The notes beneath the pieces were generated by a model that did no database searches, had not been told where the DNA came from, and was given only the letters and a program-made list of their open reading frames with translations. Below, piece by piece: positions 1 to 9,276 of a stretch of 33,087 bases of DNA. Within the stretch, counting starts at the first letter, position 1; the number at the start of each line of letters is the position of its first letter. Origin of the DNA: Bacteroidota bacterium (GTDB lineage Bacteria > Bacteroidota > Bacteroidia > Bacteroidales > VadinHA17); the NCBI GenBank assembly GCA_021816545.1, contig JAKAXP010000003.1, positions 1 through 33,087 of the forward strand, written 5' to 3'. The translations under genes and the position numbers were made by a program.

Positions 1-511
1 CACCGGAGCTTACTGTCGCGTTGCCCTTCTCAAGCAGATCCATAAGTGAGCCATACTGGTTCCTGGATGATACTATCAATACGTCAGCCCAGTTCTTTGC
101 ACCGGCACGGATAAGCGAGATGCCCCCTATATCAATCTTTTCAATTATCTCCTGATCTGAAGCGCCTGAAGCTACTGTCTCTTCGAAGGGGTACAGGTCA
201 ACAATGACAAGGTCAAACAACGGGATATGGTACTCGGCAACCTGCTTCATGTCGGTCTCATTTCCCCTGCGGGCAAGGATGCCCCCGAATATTCCGGGAT
301 GCAGTGTCTTGACCCTTCCTCCGAGAATGGAAGGATATGTTGTGATATCCTCAACCTTTCCGGCAGGAACCCCTGCAGCCGTTATAAAATCCCATGAACC
401 TCCCGTTGAAATGATTGTAACGCCCAGCTCATTGAGTTTTTTCACAATGGCTTCGAGACCATCCTTATAATACACCGAAATAAAGGCGCTCTTTATTTTT
501 ACATCACTCAT
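1..511 (-). CDS. purH: Bifunctional AICAR transformylase/IMP cyclohydrolase, 5' part (runs off the window edge)
   Basis: Not in the ORF track. Manual minus-strand translation from ATG 511: MSDVKIKSAFISVYYKDGL...ISTGGS...SILGGRVKTLHPGIFGGILARR...DLYPFEETV...IEKIDIGGISLIRAGAKN, the PurH IMP-cyclohydrolase signatures. Confidence 0.95.
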   Translation of the reverse strand, partial: MSDVKIKSAFISVYYKDGLEAIVKKLNELGVTIISTGGSWDFITAAGVPAGKVEDITTYPSILGGRVKTLHPGIFGGILARRGNETDMKQVAEYHIPLFDLVIVDLYPFEETVASGASDQEIIEKIDIGGISLIRAGAKNWADVLIVSSRNQYGSLMDLLEKGNATVSSG

Positions 512-644
512 CACCAACGACTTAGATTTACGATACAACGGCAGAAGCAATCGGATAAAAATAGATATTTTTTTTGATTGGCAATGTTTGTCAAATAATT
601 GAATTGATGAATTATTGCGGATGTATTGATGTTCCATATTTGAC

Positions 645-652
645 TATCTTTG
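645..652 (+). promoter_or_regulatory. Bacteroidetes sigma-A -7 element (TATCTTTG)
   Basis: Matches TAnnTTTG, 21 nt before ATG 674; supports 674 rather than TTG 650 as the start. Confidence 0.6.
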
Positions 653-673
653 GTCGGAATTAATGACGGGGAC

Positions 674-1921
674 ATGTGGTTAAAAATGTTCAGGGAGAGC
701 TTTCTGTTCGCCTTCGGTTCTGTTGTGGTGAATAAGCTGCGTACCTTCCTATCTCTTTTCGGTATCACCATCGGGATTGTTTCTATAATCTCAGTGTTCA
801 CAGTGTTTGACTGGATGGAAAACAGCATCAGGGAAAGCATTGCCACGCTCGGTGACAATACTATCTATGTAGAGAAATGGCCGTGGACTCCTGATGCTAA
901 TATCAAGTGGTGGGATATGATCAAGTGGCCACCCCCTTCTGTTGACGACTATGATGCTCTGGTGAGGAGATCAACATCGGTTCAGGCTGCCAGTTTTACA
1001 GTCGGATCGGGTGAGTCAATTAAATACCGGGGCAACCTTGCAAGCGAGACGTATGTGCTCGGGGCCACGCACGACTTCCAGGATGTGCGGTCATTTGAAA
1101 TTGAAAACGGACGCTATTTCACCCAGAATGAATCGTCAGCCGGGAAACCGGTTGCAATAATTGGTTCTGAAGTGGCCAGGAAACTGTTCGACAACGTTCA
1201 GCCAGTCGGCAAGGAGATTACTATCAGCAAGTATAAGGCCCAGGTCATCGGGGTTTTCAAAAAGGAAGGGAAGGGTGGCCTGAGTGACAACGGCATGGAT
1301 GAGGCAGTGCTTGTACCCCTCGATTTCAGCCGCCAGTTTGTAAACTTCCGGAACCCCTTCCTCAACTCTGACATAATGATCAGGGGAAAGGAAGGAGTAT
1401 CAGTACAGCAGCTATCTGACGAGGTGGTGATGATCCTTCGCGCAGCGAGACGGATCGGTCCCGGGAAGGAAAACAACTTCTCTATCAACCAGGCCAGCCA
1501 GATAACAAGCACCCTCGAGCCGGTATTCAGGGGGATAAACATTGCAGGCTGGATCATAGGAGGCTTTTCAATCCTTGTTGGCGGATTCGGGATCGCCAAT
1601 ATTATGTTCGTTTCTGTGCGTGAGCGTACAAGCATCATAGGGATCCAGATGGCCCTGGGGGCGAAGCGGAGATGGATACTTCAGCAGTTCCTGACAGAAT
1701 CGGTTCTGCTTTCAGTTACAGGCGGGATACTCGGGTTGATTCTTGTATTCATAGGGACAGTATTCGTCAATTACTTCTTCACGCTCGGGATGCATCTTAC
1801 TGCGGGCAACATAATCCTTGCAATTGTTATCTCTGCCACAATTGGCATCGTGGCCGGATTTGCCCCGGCATCTGCTGCCTCCAGGATGAATCCTGTCGAG
1901 GCAATTGGCTATTCATTCTGA
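674..1921 (+). CDS. ABC transporter permease, MacB/FtsX family
   Basis: NKLRTFLSLFGITIGI N-terminal helix, periplasmic domain (GRYFT...VAIIG), GGFGIANIMFVSVRERTSIIGIQMALGA, three further TM helices and ASRMNPVEAI at the end. Confidence 0.9.
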   Translation: MWLKMFRESFLFAFGSVVVNKLRTFLSLFGITIGIVSIISVFTVFDWMENSIRESIATLGDNTIYVEKWPWTPDANIKWWDMIKWPPPSVDDYDALVRRSTSVQAASFTVGSGESIKYRGNLASETYVLGATHDFQDVRSFEIENGRYFTQNESSAGKPVAIIGSEVARKLFDNVQPVGKEITISKYKAQVIGVFKKEGKGGLSDNGMDEAVLVPLDFSRQFVNFRNPFLNSDIMIRGKEGVSVQQLSDEVVMILRAARRIGPGKENNFSINQASQITSTLEPVFRGINIAGWIIGGFSILVGGFGIANIMFVSVRERTSIIGIQMALGAKRRWILQQFLTESVLLSVTGGILGLILVFIGTVFVNYFFTLGMHLTAGNIILAIVISATIGIVAGFAPASAASRMNPVEAIGYSF

Positions 1922-1932
1922 TTATTGATCAG

Positions 1933-2709
1933 CTAAAGTCTGTTAGCTTCGACCCAGTTTGTGAGCTCCACGAACTGCGTTACTGAAAGCTGTTCTGCCC
2001 TCATTGAAAGAAGAGGCATCTCTCCGGCGCCCGGGCGCACCATCGCCTTGACGGGATTGCGCAGCATCTTGCGCCGCTGGTTGAAGCACCGCTTCACCAC
2101 ACTTACGAACAGCTTCTCATCACAATCCAGCCGCTCCACACCGTTTCGCGTAAGGCGTATAACGGCCGATTTGACCTTCGGCGGAGGAGAAAAGACATGC
2201 TCGCTGACAGTAAACAGGTATTCAATGTCATACCATGCACGGAGAAGCACACTCAGTATTCCGTAAACACGGCTGCCCGGTGCGGAACAGATCCGCTCCG
2301 CCACCTCCTTCTGTACCATCCCGACAGCCTCGGTCACACGGCTGCGGTCATCCAGGATTTTGAAAAAGATCTGGCTTGATATGTTATAGGGGAAATTTCC
2401 GATGACGGCAATCCGGTCTCCGAAAGGACGCACATCAAGCCCGAGGAAGTCTCCCTCAATGATTTCAAACCGGCCGGTAAAATTCTGCCTGAGATATTCA
2501 ACCGACTCCCGGTCTATCTCAACCACCCAGAATGAAGCGAAATTTCTTTCTGACAGGAAACCGGTCAGCACCCCCATCCCGGGGCCGACTTCAATGACAG
2601 TATCACAGCCTCCGGCATCCAACGCCTCAACTATAGCGGCTGCAATCTTCTTATCCTTCAGGAAGTGCTGACCGAGGTGCTTCTTTGCCCTTACTTTATC
2701 ATTTCCCAT
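1933..2709 (-). CDS. rsmA: 16S rRNA m6,2A1518/A1519 dimethyltransferase RsmA (KsgA)
   Basis: KKHLGQHFL, VIEVGPGMGVLT, VEID, GNFPYNIS, MVQKEVAER, FSPPPKVKSAV, FNQRRKMLRN. Confidence 0.97.
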   Translation of the reverse strand: MGNDKVRAKKHLGQHFLKDKKIAAAIVEALDAGGCDTVIEVGPGMGVLTGFLSERNFASFWVVEIDRESVEYLRQNFTGRFEIIEGDFLGLDVRPFGDRIAVIGNFPYNISSQIFFKILDDRSRVTEAVGMVQKEVAERICSAPGSRVYGILSVLLRAWYDIEYLFTVSEHVFSPPPKVKSAVIRLTRNGVERLDCDEKLFVSVVKRCFNQRRKMLRNPVKAMVRPGAGEMPLLSMRAEQLSVTQFVELTNWVEANRL

Positions 2710-5700
2710 GGCGGCACCAGTCTGTCAGATCCGAACCCGGGTATCTTAATTCTCTCCAGCAGGTTGAGGAGGAGCTTAAGAACATTTAAATAAAGCGTTA
2801 CGAACAGGATTGTGTTCAAGAACCAGATTACACTCATGTTGAACCACAGAGTGCCTATCCTTAGCTTGCCAAGCATCTTGTAGGGAGCATAGAAATGGGC
2901 CCGGCCAATGCGCGAATCCGGCATCATCAGGACCGGATCCGCCTTCTGGATAATCCTATGCTCAGTCTCATAGAATTTCTTCTGCACTGTACGGTTAAGC
3001 ACTATCTCGGCAAGGTCATTGTTGTAGGTTTCGGTCCTGAGTTTGAGCAGTTCCTCCTTCCCCATCTTTGCAACAAGAACACGTGTTATGCTGTCCTTTA
3101 CATTCGTTTGGTAAATGTACTTCCTGCGGATATTCTTATACAGCGAATCAAGGTAGTCATTCACTATGTAAGAGGCATCCTGGGTGAAGGGCTCCCTGTT
3201 TATCACCCTCATTGCCTGGGCAGGGTCAAGGCCGGTTTCGGCACTGAGCTCGCCGATATGGGTCCTGAGCTTCTCCAGGCTGTTCCTGTAAATATCTTCG
3301 TACTCCGCTTTGCCGGCAGTATAGACCGCCTCATTGCTTTTGCGCTTCAGTTCATTGACCAGGTAAGCTGATTGCCAGTCATACCTGCTGATCATCATGT
3401 CCGTCTCAAAATAGGGTTTCATATATTTGTTCGACCTGAACTGTTCCACCGCAATTGCTTCATATGCCCACCGGGTGGTCATTACATCACCTATTACCGG
3501 AACATATATCTTCCTTGTGAGGGAACTGTGCAGGTCATCAAAGCGGATCATTGCTCCGCCGAGAAGCAACTGCGGAACAAGAACAAGCGGTATCAGTATG
3601 TATATGCTGATTACAGACTTCATGCCGGCAGATATATTGAGCCCCACCATATTGCCGAAGCAGGAGGTGGTGAACAATATAAGCCAGTGACGCCACATCA
3701 TCCCCTCAACCTGCAGAATACGCTGTGAGATAAGAACATACATCATGGTTTGAACTGCCGAGAGGCCGAACAGGAAGGTAATCTTTGAGAAGAGGTAACT
3801 CGAACGGCTTATATTCAGGTACTTTTCCCGCTCCAGTATCTTGTTGTCACGGAATATTTCCTCCGCGCTGACAGTGAGGCCAAGAAAGAGGGCCACAACC
3901 ACGCTCATGAACAGGAACACAGGGAAGCTCTTGTTATCAGAGAAGAGATATACTCCGTCAGACAGGTATTTTGATACAAAGGCAAGAATGAAGGCGAGCA
4001 GCGGAGGTTCAAGCAGGTTGATAACCATGTACTGCTTGTCAGCATATTTTCTGACGAGATTTCTCTTGACAAATGTCCCTACCTGCTTCAGCCTCCTGGG
4101 TATCTTGAAGTTACTTGCAGGCAGAGGCTTCATCTCGGGTTTTACCGAGAGGGTGGGTTCCATCTTCTGCCGGTACCGGTGGTACCACTCCACCGGTGAA
4201 ACCTGTCTCTCCTGTCCTTTTCTGCCGTCAGGGTCAACCACCTTGGCTTCGACAATCTGAAGGATCTGGTCAGTTTCAACATTTCCGCAGGTGGGGCACT
4301 CGCTTTCGGCAGCATTGGCCTGTGAGGTCTCGGTCTTGAAGTAAACGATGGCATCAACCGGGTCGCCGTCATAAATCATATATCCACCCCTGTCGAGGAC
4401 CCAGAGCCTGTCAAACATCTTTAGGATATCAGATGAAGGCTGGTGTATAATAACAAAAACCAACTTCCCGTTGATGGCCTGGTCCTTAAGCAGTTCCATC
4501 ACATTGCCCGAGTCATGCGATGCCAGTCCGGAAATGGGTTCGTCAGCAAACAGCACAGCCGGTTCACGCATCAGCTCAAGCCCGATGTTAAGCCTTTTCC
4601 TCTGCCCCCCGCTGATCTTCTTGTTCAGCGGATCACCCACCAGCATGTCACGGTATTCAAAGAGGTCCAGCTCTTTCAGCATCATGACAACAACCTGGTT
4701 CAACTTCTCCTCGTCATAGTCGCCGAAGGTGAGGCGGGCATTGTAGTACAGGTTCTCATAGACAGTGAGTTCCTCTATCAGGAGATCATCCTGGGGCACA
4801 TAGCCAATTAGGCCGTTAAGTTCCTCCGGTTCGTTGTGGAGGTCATAGCCGTTTATATAGACAGCCCCGTTCTCCGGTTTGAGTTTTCCGTTAAGGATGT
4901 TCAGGAGGGTGCTTTTGCCCACTCCGCTCCCTCCCATGATTCCCACGAGGTTGCCTGACTTCACGCTGAAGCTCATCGGCTGGATACCGTTGTCAGAACC
5001 TTTGAAATGGTATTCAATGTTCTGACCCTCAAAGACAATATCCTCGGTGAAGTTGGCCCTTATGAATTTCCTGAATATGGCAGTATAATAGAGGGGTGCC
5101 ATGCCGTGAGCGCGGATATTGACGCCAGGATCAAGCAGGAAAGGCCTGAGTGGTACCACGTTGCGGCCCTTGAAGTGAAGCGGCATCTTCCCGTCATACA
5201 TGAAGAGGAGGTGGCCGGTGCTGGCAATGAACAGGACATAGATTGTGCCGCGCAGACCCCTTGCGACCATATGGTGCCATTCATGGTAGTTGGCATATCT
5301 TGAGGAGGCGTCACCGATATTGCTTTCGCCCTCGATGGCAAGGAATGTATCAGGAGTGATTCGGTCAAATTTCATCCCGAGCATAAATGCCTGGGCGTTT
5401 GTCTTCTCGTCCCTCGAAATATTGAATGTACGGGCAACGATGTCAATTATTGACGACTCCTGCTCAGAAATGGTTCCGTCCTCATAAACGAACTCCAGAA
5501 GTTGCAGGAAGACTATCATCCGCTCCTCAATGAAGAGCCCCTTTTTTATCTGCCTGCAGATGTTTGTAATCTGGAAGGTGATGAGCGAATCCTCGTCTGA
5601 GAGTTCACCCTCCTCCACTGCCTTGAGTTCACGCTCATAGAAATGGAGGTTGTTTTCATAAAGCTTGAAATACTCCTCCTCGAGCTCCTGGTTCAGATAT

Positions 5701-5813
5701 CTCCTGAGGTAACTTCGAAGGATTTTTTTGCCTCTTGACGTAACCCCTGCAGGATTTACGGTAGAGATAATGGCAAAAATATGTATCAGCGCATGTAATA
5801 CTGATTCCCTCAT
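2691..5813 (-). CDS. ABCG-like fused ABC transporter (TerB-like N-terminus, NBD, ABC-2 membrane domain with large extracytoplasmic insert)
   Basis: Walker A GGSGVGKST, Q-loop YVPQDD, signature ISGGQRKR, Walker B LFADEP, H-loop IIHQPS; hydrophobic ABC-2 helices; N-terminal DGTISEQE...ARTFNIS resembles TerB. Start taken as ATG 5813 (MRESVL); 3' end overlaps the rsmA start by 19 bp. Confidence 0.85.
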   Translation of the reverse strand: MRESVLHALIHIFAIISTVNPAGVTSRGKKILRSYLRRYLNQELEEEYFKLYENNLHFYERELKAVEEGELSDEDSLITFQITNICRQIKKGLFIEERMIVFLQLLEFVYEDGTISEQESSIIDIVARTFNISRDEKTNAQAFMLGMKFDRITPDTFLAIEGESNIGDASSRYANYHEWHHMVARGLRGTIYVLFIASTGHLLFMYDGKMPLHFKGRNVVPLRPFLLDPGVNIRAHGMAPLYYTAIFRKFIRANFTEDIVFEGQNIEYHFKGSDNGIQPMSFSVKSGNLVGIMGGSGVGKSTLLNILNGKLKPENGAVYINGYDLHNEPEELNGLIGYVPQDDLLIEELTVYENLYYNARLTFGDYDEEKLNQVVVMMLKELDLFEYRDMLVGDPLNKKISGGQRKRLNIGLELMREPAVLFADEPISGLASHDSGNVMELLKDQAINGKLVFVIIHQPSSDILKMFDRLWVLDRGGYMIYDGDPVDAIVYFKTETSQANAAESECPTCGNVETDQILQIVEAKVVDPDGRKGQERQVSPVEWYHRYRQKMEPTLSVKPEMKPLPASNFKIPRRLKQVGTFVKRNLVRKYADKQYMVINLLEPPLLAFILAFVSKYLSDGVYLFSDNKSFPVFLFMSVVVALFLGLTVSAEEIFRDNKILEREKYLNISRSSYLFSKITFLFGLSAVQTMMYVLISQRILQVEGMMWRHWLILFTTSCFGNMVGLNISAGMKSVISIYILIPLVLVPQLLLGGAMIRFDDLHSSLTRKIYVPVIGDVMTTRWAYEAIAVEQFRSNKYMKPYFETDMMISRYDWQSAYLVNELKRKSNEAVYTAGKAEYEDIYRNSLEKLRTHIGELSAETGLDPAQAMRVINREPFTQDASYIVNDYLDSLYKNIRRKYIYQTNVKDSITRVLVAKMGKEELLKLRTETYNNDLAEIVLNRTVQKKFYETEHRIIQKADPVLMMPDSRIGRAHFYAPYKMLGKLRIGTLWFNMSVIWFLNTILFVTLYLNVLKLLLNLLERIKIPGFGSDRLVPPWEMIK

Positions 5814-5868
5814 AACCTTAAAAAAAGACCGCAATTTTTACTTGCGGTCTTCCGGTATCTGTTTATTG

Positions 5869-6690
5869 TTACTTTATCAGTTCGGACCTGACCGAGTCAA
5901 CGGCCTTTTTCAGTCTGCCAATGTCTTCCATTGTCAGGCTTGTACCAAGGGTTGCATAGACATCGGTGATGGGCTGCATCGACGTAAGTACCCTTGTTAC
6001 GAGCGGGTCAGTGTTATGAGGAGCGGCAAGATCCTTGAACAGGTCAAACGACTTCTTCTGGTCAAGGAGGGCTGATTCAAAACCGGAGAGGTGTCCGCCT
6101 GATTCAGAGACCGCAAGGGTGAGATACATACCCTCAACCCATGCGCCTCCTACCATCACCAAGGCAAGGTTGGCCTGGCCGGCATCATACATATATGAAT
6201 AGGTGCGGTCAAAGGCATCTGTGAGTATTGCAACAAGTGTATCCCGGTTGTCAAAATTGGCCTTGATCCTGTCATAAAGAGACTCGTCATAAATCTGTGT
6301 CAGGTTCTGCTCAAGTGCAAGGGTACGGATTGCAGCAAGATAGTCATTCACATCCTGTTGCATGTTATACAGCGTTGCGTAGCTGAGATCGGCACCGTAA
6401 ATGCCGAGATTAACCGAACGGTTGTAGCTCTCTACATAGTTGCGGGCACTGGCCGGAGGATTTGTTGCGCCAAGGATGTAACCCAGGTCCATGTCGGTGA
6501 GTTTCTTGATAACCTCTGCTGATGTGGGAAGAGGATAAACATTCTCTTCTATCTTCTGTTCAAGGGCTTCGAGTTCAACAGCGTTGATCTCCTTCTGTTT
6601 CCTTGATTCACCCCTGTTCTTGCAGGCGGATGCACCGGCAACTGTCAGAATAAGTACAGCAACCAGGATTTTTGTGAAAGTCTTTTTCAT
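5869..6690 (-). CDS. Lipoprotein of unknown function, helix-rich
   Basis: From ATG 6690: MKKTFTKILVAVLILTVAGASA-C, a basic N-region, hydrophobic core and lipobox; directly upstream of the ABC gene on the same strand. Confidence 0.75.
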   Translation of the reverse strand: MKKTFTKILVAVLILTVAGASACKNRGESRKQKEINAVELEALEQKIEENVYPLPTSAEVIKKLTDMDLGYILGATNPPASARNYVESYNRSVNLGIYGADLSYATLYNMQQDVNDYLAAIRTLALEQNLTQIYDESLYDRIKANFDNRDTLVAILTDAFDRTYSYMYDAGQANLALVMVGGAWVEGMYLTLAVSESGGHLSGFESALLDQKKSFDLFKDLAAPHNTDPLVTRVLTSMQPITDVYATLGTSLTMEDIGRLKKAVDSVRSELIK

Positions 6691-6850
6691 ATGACTGATG
6701 TTTGGTACTTGTGTTTTGGCTACGTAAAAATAAGACTTTTTAAGAATTCCGCCGGAATAAAATTTCAAGAATATTTGAGGCAGTGGCTTGCCCGGCGTTC
6801 ATGAAACCTAAACACCGTCAGCCGGCAGGTTGTTCATTCTCATTTTCTGC

Positions 6851-6858
6851 TAACTTTG
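6851..6858 (+). promoter_or_regulatory. Bacteroidetes sigma-A -7 element (TAACTTTG)
   Basis: Matches TAnnTTTG, 23 nt before ATG 6882. Confidence 0.65.
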
Positions 6859-6881
6859 CATCCCGGAGAATTGAGAGGCAA

Positions 6882-8057
6882 ATGAAATACAATTTCGACG
6901 AGGCGCCATGCCGGGAAAACAGCAACTGCCTTAAATGGGACAAGCGCGAAGAGGTATTCGGCAAGGCCGATGTGATCCCGATGTGGATAGCCGATATGGA
7001 CTTCAGCACCCCTCCTTTTATTATTAATGCGCTTCGCGAAAGGCTGAATCACGAAGTACTTGGATACTCCTACAGGCCGGACAGCTATTTCAAGGCGTTT
7101 ATAAGCTGGGTTTCAGCACTGCACGGATGGGATATCATGCAGGAATGGATCGAGTTCAGCCCTGGTGTTGTGCCGGCGCTGAATCTCTGCACACTTGCTT
7201 ACACCTCGCCTGGCGATGAGATAATAATTCAGCCCCCGGTATACCCGCCTTTTTACGGGGCAGTGAAAGATCACGGACGTAAACTGGTCTTTAATCCTCT
7301 GGCTGAGATTGGGAAGGGATATATTATGGACCTTGAGGGGCTCCGCAGGATCATCACCCAGAAGACAAAAATGCTCATCCTTTCAAATCCCCATAACCCT
7401 GTGGGCAGGGTGTGGACAAGGGATGAACTTTCAGAACTGGCAGATATTTGCCATGAAAAAGGAATAGTCATTCTCTCTGACGAGATCCATTCTGACCTCA
7501 CTCTCCCCGGAGTGAAGCATATACCCCTGGCATCGGTTTCGGAGAAAGCGGCGTCAGTGACAGTAACCTGCATGGCTCCTAGCAAGACCTTCAACCTGGC
7601 AGGACTCTCAACATCATCAATGATAATATCAGACCCGGAGCTGATGGAGAAATACCGGAAGACTCTGGTCGGGCTGCACATGCACCTTGGGAACATCTTT
7701 GGCAACGTGGCCTCCGAAGCTGCCTATACCCATGGCCGTGAATGGCTTGAACAGCTGATGCGATATGTAGAGGGCAATGTTGACCTTGTGATGGATTTTT
7801 GCCGTGAACGTTTGCCTTTGGTCAGACCTGTGAGGCCGGAAGCCACATATATGATATGGCTTGACTGTCGTGCCATGGGGATGACAGGTGAGGAGCTCAA
7901 CAGGTTCTTCGTGGAGAGTGCCGGAGTGGGCATGAATGAAGGCTCCCGCTTCGGTCCCGGAGGCGAAGGATTCATGCGGATGAACCTTGCCTGTCCGAGG
8001 GCCCTGGTTCAGAAGGCTCTTGAACAGATTGAAAACGCAATAAACAATAAAGGGTGA
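6882..8057 (+). CDS. MalY/PatB-family PLP-dependent C-S lyase (cystathionine beta-lyase-like)
   Basis: From ATG 6882: CLKWD, IPMWIADMDF, SPGVVPAL, QPPVYPPF, SNPHNPVGRVW, SDEIHSDL, APSKTFNLAGL (PLP lysine), PEATYMIWLDC, RMNLACPR. Confidence 0.92.
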   Translation: MKYNFDEAPCRENSNCLKWDKREEVFGKADVIPMWIADMDFSTPPFIINALRERLNHEVLGYSYRPDSYFKAFISWVSALHGWDIMQEWIEFSPGVVPALNLCTLAYTSPGDEIIIQPPVYPPFYGAVKDHGRKLVFNPLAEIGKGYIMDLEGLRRIITQKTKMLILSNPHNPVGRVWTRDELSELADICHEKGIVILSDEIHSDLTLPGVKHIPLASVSEKAASVTVTCMAPSKTFNLAGLSTSSMIISDPELMEKYRKTLVGLHMHLGNIFGNVASEAAYTHGREWLEQLMRYVEGNVDLVMDFCRERLPLVRPVRPEATYMIWLDCRAMGMTGEELNRFFVESAGVGMNEGSRFGPGGEGFMRMNLACPRALVQKALEQIENAINNKG

Positions 8058-9145
8058 GAAACAACGACAGACTGAGTGTAAAGCTGACGCTCGAGGACGG
8101 CACCGTCTACCGCGGATGGTCATTCGGCGCACCTGTGGCTGCAGCCGGCGAGGTGGTATTCAACACCGCCATGACCGGATACCCCGAGAGCCTGACAGAC
8201 CCCTCCTACAGGGGACAGATACTGTGCCTCACCTACCCGCTGGTGGGCAACTACGGTGCTCCCGGTAAAAGCGAACAGGATGACCTGTTTATGTTTTATG
8301 AATCATCAGGGGTGCATATTTCGGCCCTGATAGTCTCGGACTACTCCTTTGAGTACAGCCACTGGAACGCCATCGAAAGCCTTGACGAGTGGCTGCGAAG
8401 GAGCAATGTTCCAGGTATCTTCGGAATTGACACCCGTGCTCTTACAAAGAGAATCCGTGAAAAGGGGGCAATGCTGGGGAAAGTGGAGCCTGAAGGGATG
8501 ACCACAGAATTCTATGACCCGAACAAGGTCAACCTGGTGGCCGAGGTAGGCACCTCTGCCCGTAAGGTGTACGGCAACGGAAAGTACCGGATCCTGCTGG
8601 TCGACTGCGGGGTAAAGTTCAATATCATCCGCAACCTTCTGAAACGTGACACTACGATCATCAGGGTGCCATGGGATTATGACTATTCTGTTGAGGAATA
8701 TGACGGGCTGTTTCTTACAAACGGTCCCGGCGACCCTAAGATGTGCAGGACAGCCATTGACAATATAAGGAAGTCACTTGATGATGACAGGCCCATCTTT
8801 GGGATATGCCTCGGCAACCAGCTGATGGCTCTGGCGGCGGGAGCTGACACCTACAAGCTCCGTTACGGCCACCGCAGTCACAACCAGCCGGTGCAGATGG
8901 TAGGGACTGACAGGGCATACATCACTTCACAGAACCACGGCTTCGCAGTTAACAACAACACACTGCCCGCCGGCTGGGTGCCGTTGTTTGTCAACGTTAA
9001 CGACAACACGAACGAGGGGATGAAACATGTCTCAAAGCCCTTCTTCTCAACCCAGTTCCACCCCGAGGCATCCGGCGGACCGACGGATACCGATTTCCTG
9101 TTCGATCTCTTTATTGAGAATATTCAAAGGCAAGAGGCAATTTGA
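8054..9145 (+). CDS. carA: Carbamoyl-phosphate synthase small (glutaminase) subunit
   Basis: GEVVFNTAMTGYPESLTDPSYRGQIL, GIDTRALTKRIRE, NGPGDP, GICLG (catalytic Cys), SQNHGFAV, QFHPEA. GTG start overlaps the upstream TGA (GTGA). Confidence 0.97.
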   Translation: MRNNDRLSVKLTLEDGTVYRGWSFGAPVAAAGEVVFNTAMTGYPESLTDPSYRGQILCLTYPLVGNYGAPGKSEQDDLFMFYESSGVHISALIVSDYSFEYSHWNAIESLDEWLRRSNVPGIFGIDTRALTKRIREKGAMLGKVEPEGMTTEFYDPNKVNLVAEVGTSARKVYGNGKYRILLVDCGVKFNIIRNLLKRDTTIIRVPWDYDYSVEEYDGLFLTNGPGDPKMCRTAIDNIRKSLDDDRPIFGICLGNQLMALAAGADTYKLRYGHRSHNQPVQMVGTDRAYITSQNHGFAVNNNTLPAGWVPLFVNVNDNTNEGMKHVSKPFFSTQFHPEASGGPTDTDFLFDLFIENIQRQEAI

Positions 9146-9276
9146 GCCTCTGACCCCGGAAGAGGGTCAATCCCGCCCAATGCAACCAGCAGGTCGGGAA
9201 GGCAACTGTGAGCCGGTAAAACAGATTTGATCCGCCGGAATAGTTCAAGGGTAGAAACAAGTTAAAAGGAAAGCAG

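Noticed and set aside
674-1921. Orphan MacB/FtsX permease with no adjacent ATPase
   Set aside because: Stand-alone permeases of this family are common in Bacteroidota.
6748-9242. Identical 12-mer TCCGCCGGAATA at 6748-6759 and 9231-9242
   Set aside because: One 12-mer match among the intergenic regions of this window is within chance and has no dyad symmetry.
9146-9276. Possible cobalamin riboswitch between carA and the OCD-like gene (GGGAAGG...GAGCCGG, plus hairpin TGACCC/GGGTCA)
   Set aside because: The upstream AGGGAA...GGTG...TCC core and the CCACTG and AGACC elements are missing, the region is short, and the downstream genes are not B12-related. An Infernal scan would settle it.
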